A stretch of 44,656 nucleotides of DNA from Escherichia phage vB_EcoM_SHAK7163. Below the pieces are notes generated by a model. It did no database searches and was not told the DNA's origin. It saw nothing but the letters and a program-made list of their open reading frames with translations. Shown in pieces: positions 43,609 to 44,656 of the stretch. Numbering within the stretch: the first letter of the stretch is position 1; every line of letters starts with the position of its first letter. Location of the stretch: the sequence record OR594179, one strand, 5' to 3'. The translations under genes and the position numbers were made by a program.

Positions 43609-43806
43609 GCAATCTGCTGTACGCCAGAACACAGAAGAGCTTATTCAATCATGACGTGACCCTAAGCAAGCCTATGCGATTGCCAAGGATGTACAACGTC
43701 GTACCATGAAGAAACCTTCTGCATCTTCTGCGTAAGCAGGTTAATATCTTAGTGTACACAAGGGCAGACCTAGGTTTGCTCTTAGTGTATTTACAATGGA
43801 GGTCTT

Positions 43807-43887
43807 ATGTATATACCTATGGAAGCAATAGTAGGTGGCCTATGCTTGTTGATAGGTTTCGTTATAGGCTTAATAGCAAACCCTTAG
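43807..43887 (+). CDS. possible tiny hydrophobic peptide (26 aa)
   Basis: Strong SD GGAGG 5 nt before ATG; MYIPMEAIVGGLCLLIGFVIGLIANP; very short, unverified. Confidence 0.2.
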   Translation: MYIPMEAIVGGLCLLIGFVIGLIANP

Positions 43888-43942
43888 TCCTGTACAAGGA
43901 TTAACCAAAGTCAAAATTTTGATATAGGCGTGTGTCAGCTCT

Positions 43943-44252
43943 CTCGCCCTCGCCCTCGCCGGGTTGCCCCCCCCCCCCATAGGGTGGCCTGAGGGAATCC
44001 GTCTTCGACGGGCAGGGCTGATGTACTCCTTGTACTAGCTTAGTAGTACACAAGGGCTGGCCGTACTAGTTAGCTGGTACAGCCTAGTCTTTGCTCATGT
44101 ACTAGCAAGGTGGAACGCGGTAGACGGCCTAGGACAGCCTAGGAATGGCTTAGTGGTGGACAAGGTGATTACCTTAGTGAAGCCTCTTAGTGCATTCCTG
44201 AGGCCATTCAGGGCGTTTATGAGGGATTGACAGGGTGGGTGTGGGTGGGCTA
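43943..44252. repeat. 310-bp unit, copy 1 of exact tandem duplication (probable terminal repeat, right-end copy)
   Basis: 43943-44252 is identical base-for-base to 44253-44562; flanking bases differ immediately on both sides. Confidence 0.9.
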
Positions 44253-44562
44253 CTCGCCCTCGCCCTCGCCGGGTTGCCCCCCCCCCCCATAGGGTGGCCT
44301 GAGGGAATCCGTCTTCGACGGGCAGGGCTGATGTACTCCTTGTACTAGCTTAGTAGTACACAAGGGCTGGCCGTACTAGTTAGCTGGTACAGCCTAGTCT
44401 TTGCTCATGTACTAGCAAGGTGGAACGCGGTAGACGGCCTAGGACAGCCTAGGAATGGCTTAGTGGTGGACAAGGTGATTACCTTAGTGAAGCCTCTTAG
44501 TGCATTCCTGAGGCCATTCAGGGCGTTTATGAGGGATTGACAGGGTGGGTGTGGGTGGGCTA
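44253..44562. repeat. 310-bp unit, copy 2 of exact tandem duplication (probable terminal repeat, left-end copy)
   Basis: Identical to 43943-44252; contains C12 tract, (CTCGCC)3 and G-tract cluster GGGTGGGTGTGGGTGGG. Confidence 0.9.
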
Positions 44563-44656
44563 TCTGTTCGTTTCGCTACGCTTCACTCACTGCTCCTCAC
44601 TTCGTTCGTCGCTGCGGCAGCTTGATGTGTACCTTAAGTTATTCCTTGATGGATAG

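Noticed and set aside
43943-44562. Tandem repeat considered as a CRISPR array or mobile element
   Set aside because: Only two copies of a 310-bp unit with no spacers; no transposase or integrase nearby. Terminal-repeat junction is the better explanation.
1-44656. tRNA genes, integrase/repressor (temperate module), CRISPR
   Set aside because: No cloverleaf-compatible segments, recombinase motifs or repeat-spacer arrays noticed on reading; genome architecture is that of a strictly lytic T7-like phage. A formal tRNA scan was not possible here.

Overview
The window reads as an essentially complete, circularly permuted genome of a lytic T7-supergroup podophage (Autographiviridae) with SP6/K1E-like organisation. 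All credible genes are on the + strand; minus-strand ORFs in the track look spurious. Order: host-promoter left end and small early ORFs with an Ocr homolog (1831-2160); single-subunit RNA polymerase (3634-6261); two tandem phage promoters flanking an AT-rich putative origin; replication module (primase-helicase, family A DNA polymerase, SSB-like, 5'-3' exonuclease, endonuclease VII-type resolvase, phosphoesterase, gp1.7-like kinase, ligase); structural module (portal, scaffold, capsid, tail tubular A/B, three internal virion proteins); gp17-N-terminus-like adapter, holin, terminase; a late cluster of three paralogous small proteins plus M15 endolysin and spanins; and an 811-aa sialidase-like tailspike at the right end. 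About 12 phage-RNAP promoters share the consensus ATTTACTGGACACTATAGAAGAG. An exact 310-bp tandem duplication at 43943-44562 is most simply the two terminal repeats joined. No tRNA, CRISPR, integrase or repressor was recognised, and I see no clearly novel defence-type system; the most interesting unexplained items are the paralog triad, a recurring 16-bp palindrome and promoters embedded in coding sequence. All homology statements come from reading the translated ORFs against remembered T7-family sequences and motifs; no database search was run, and resemblance to named phages (K1E/K1-5/SP6) is unverified.
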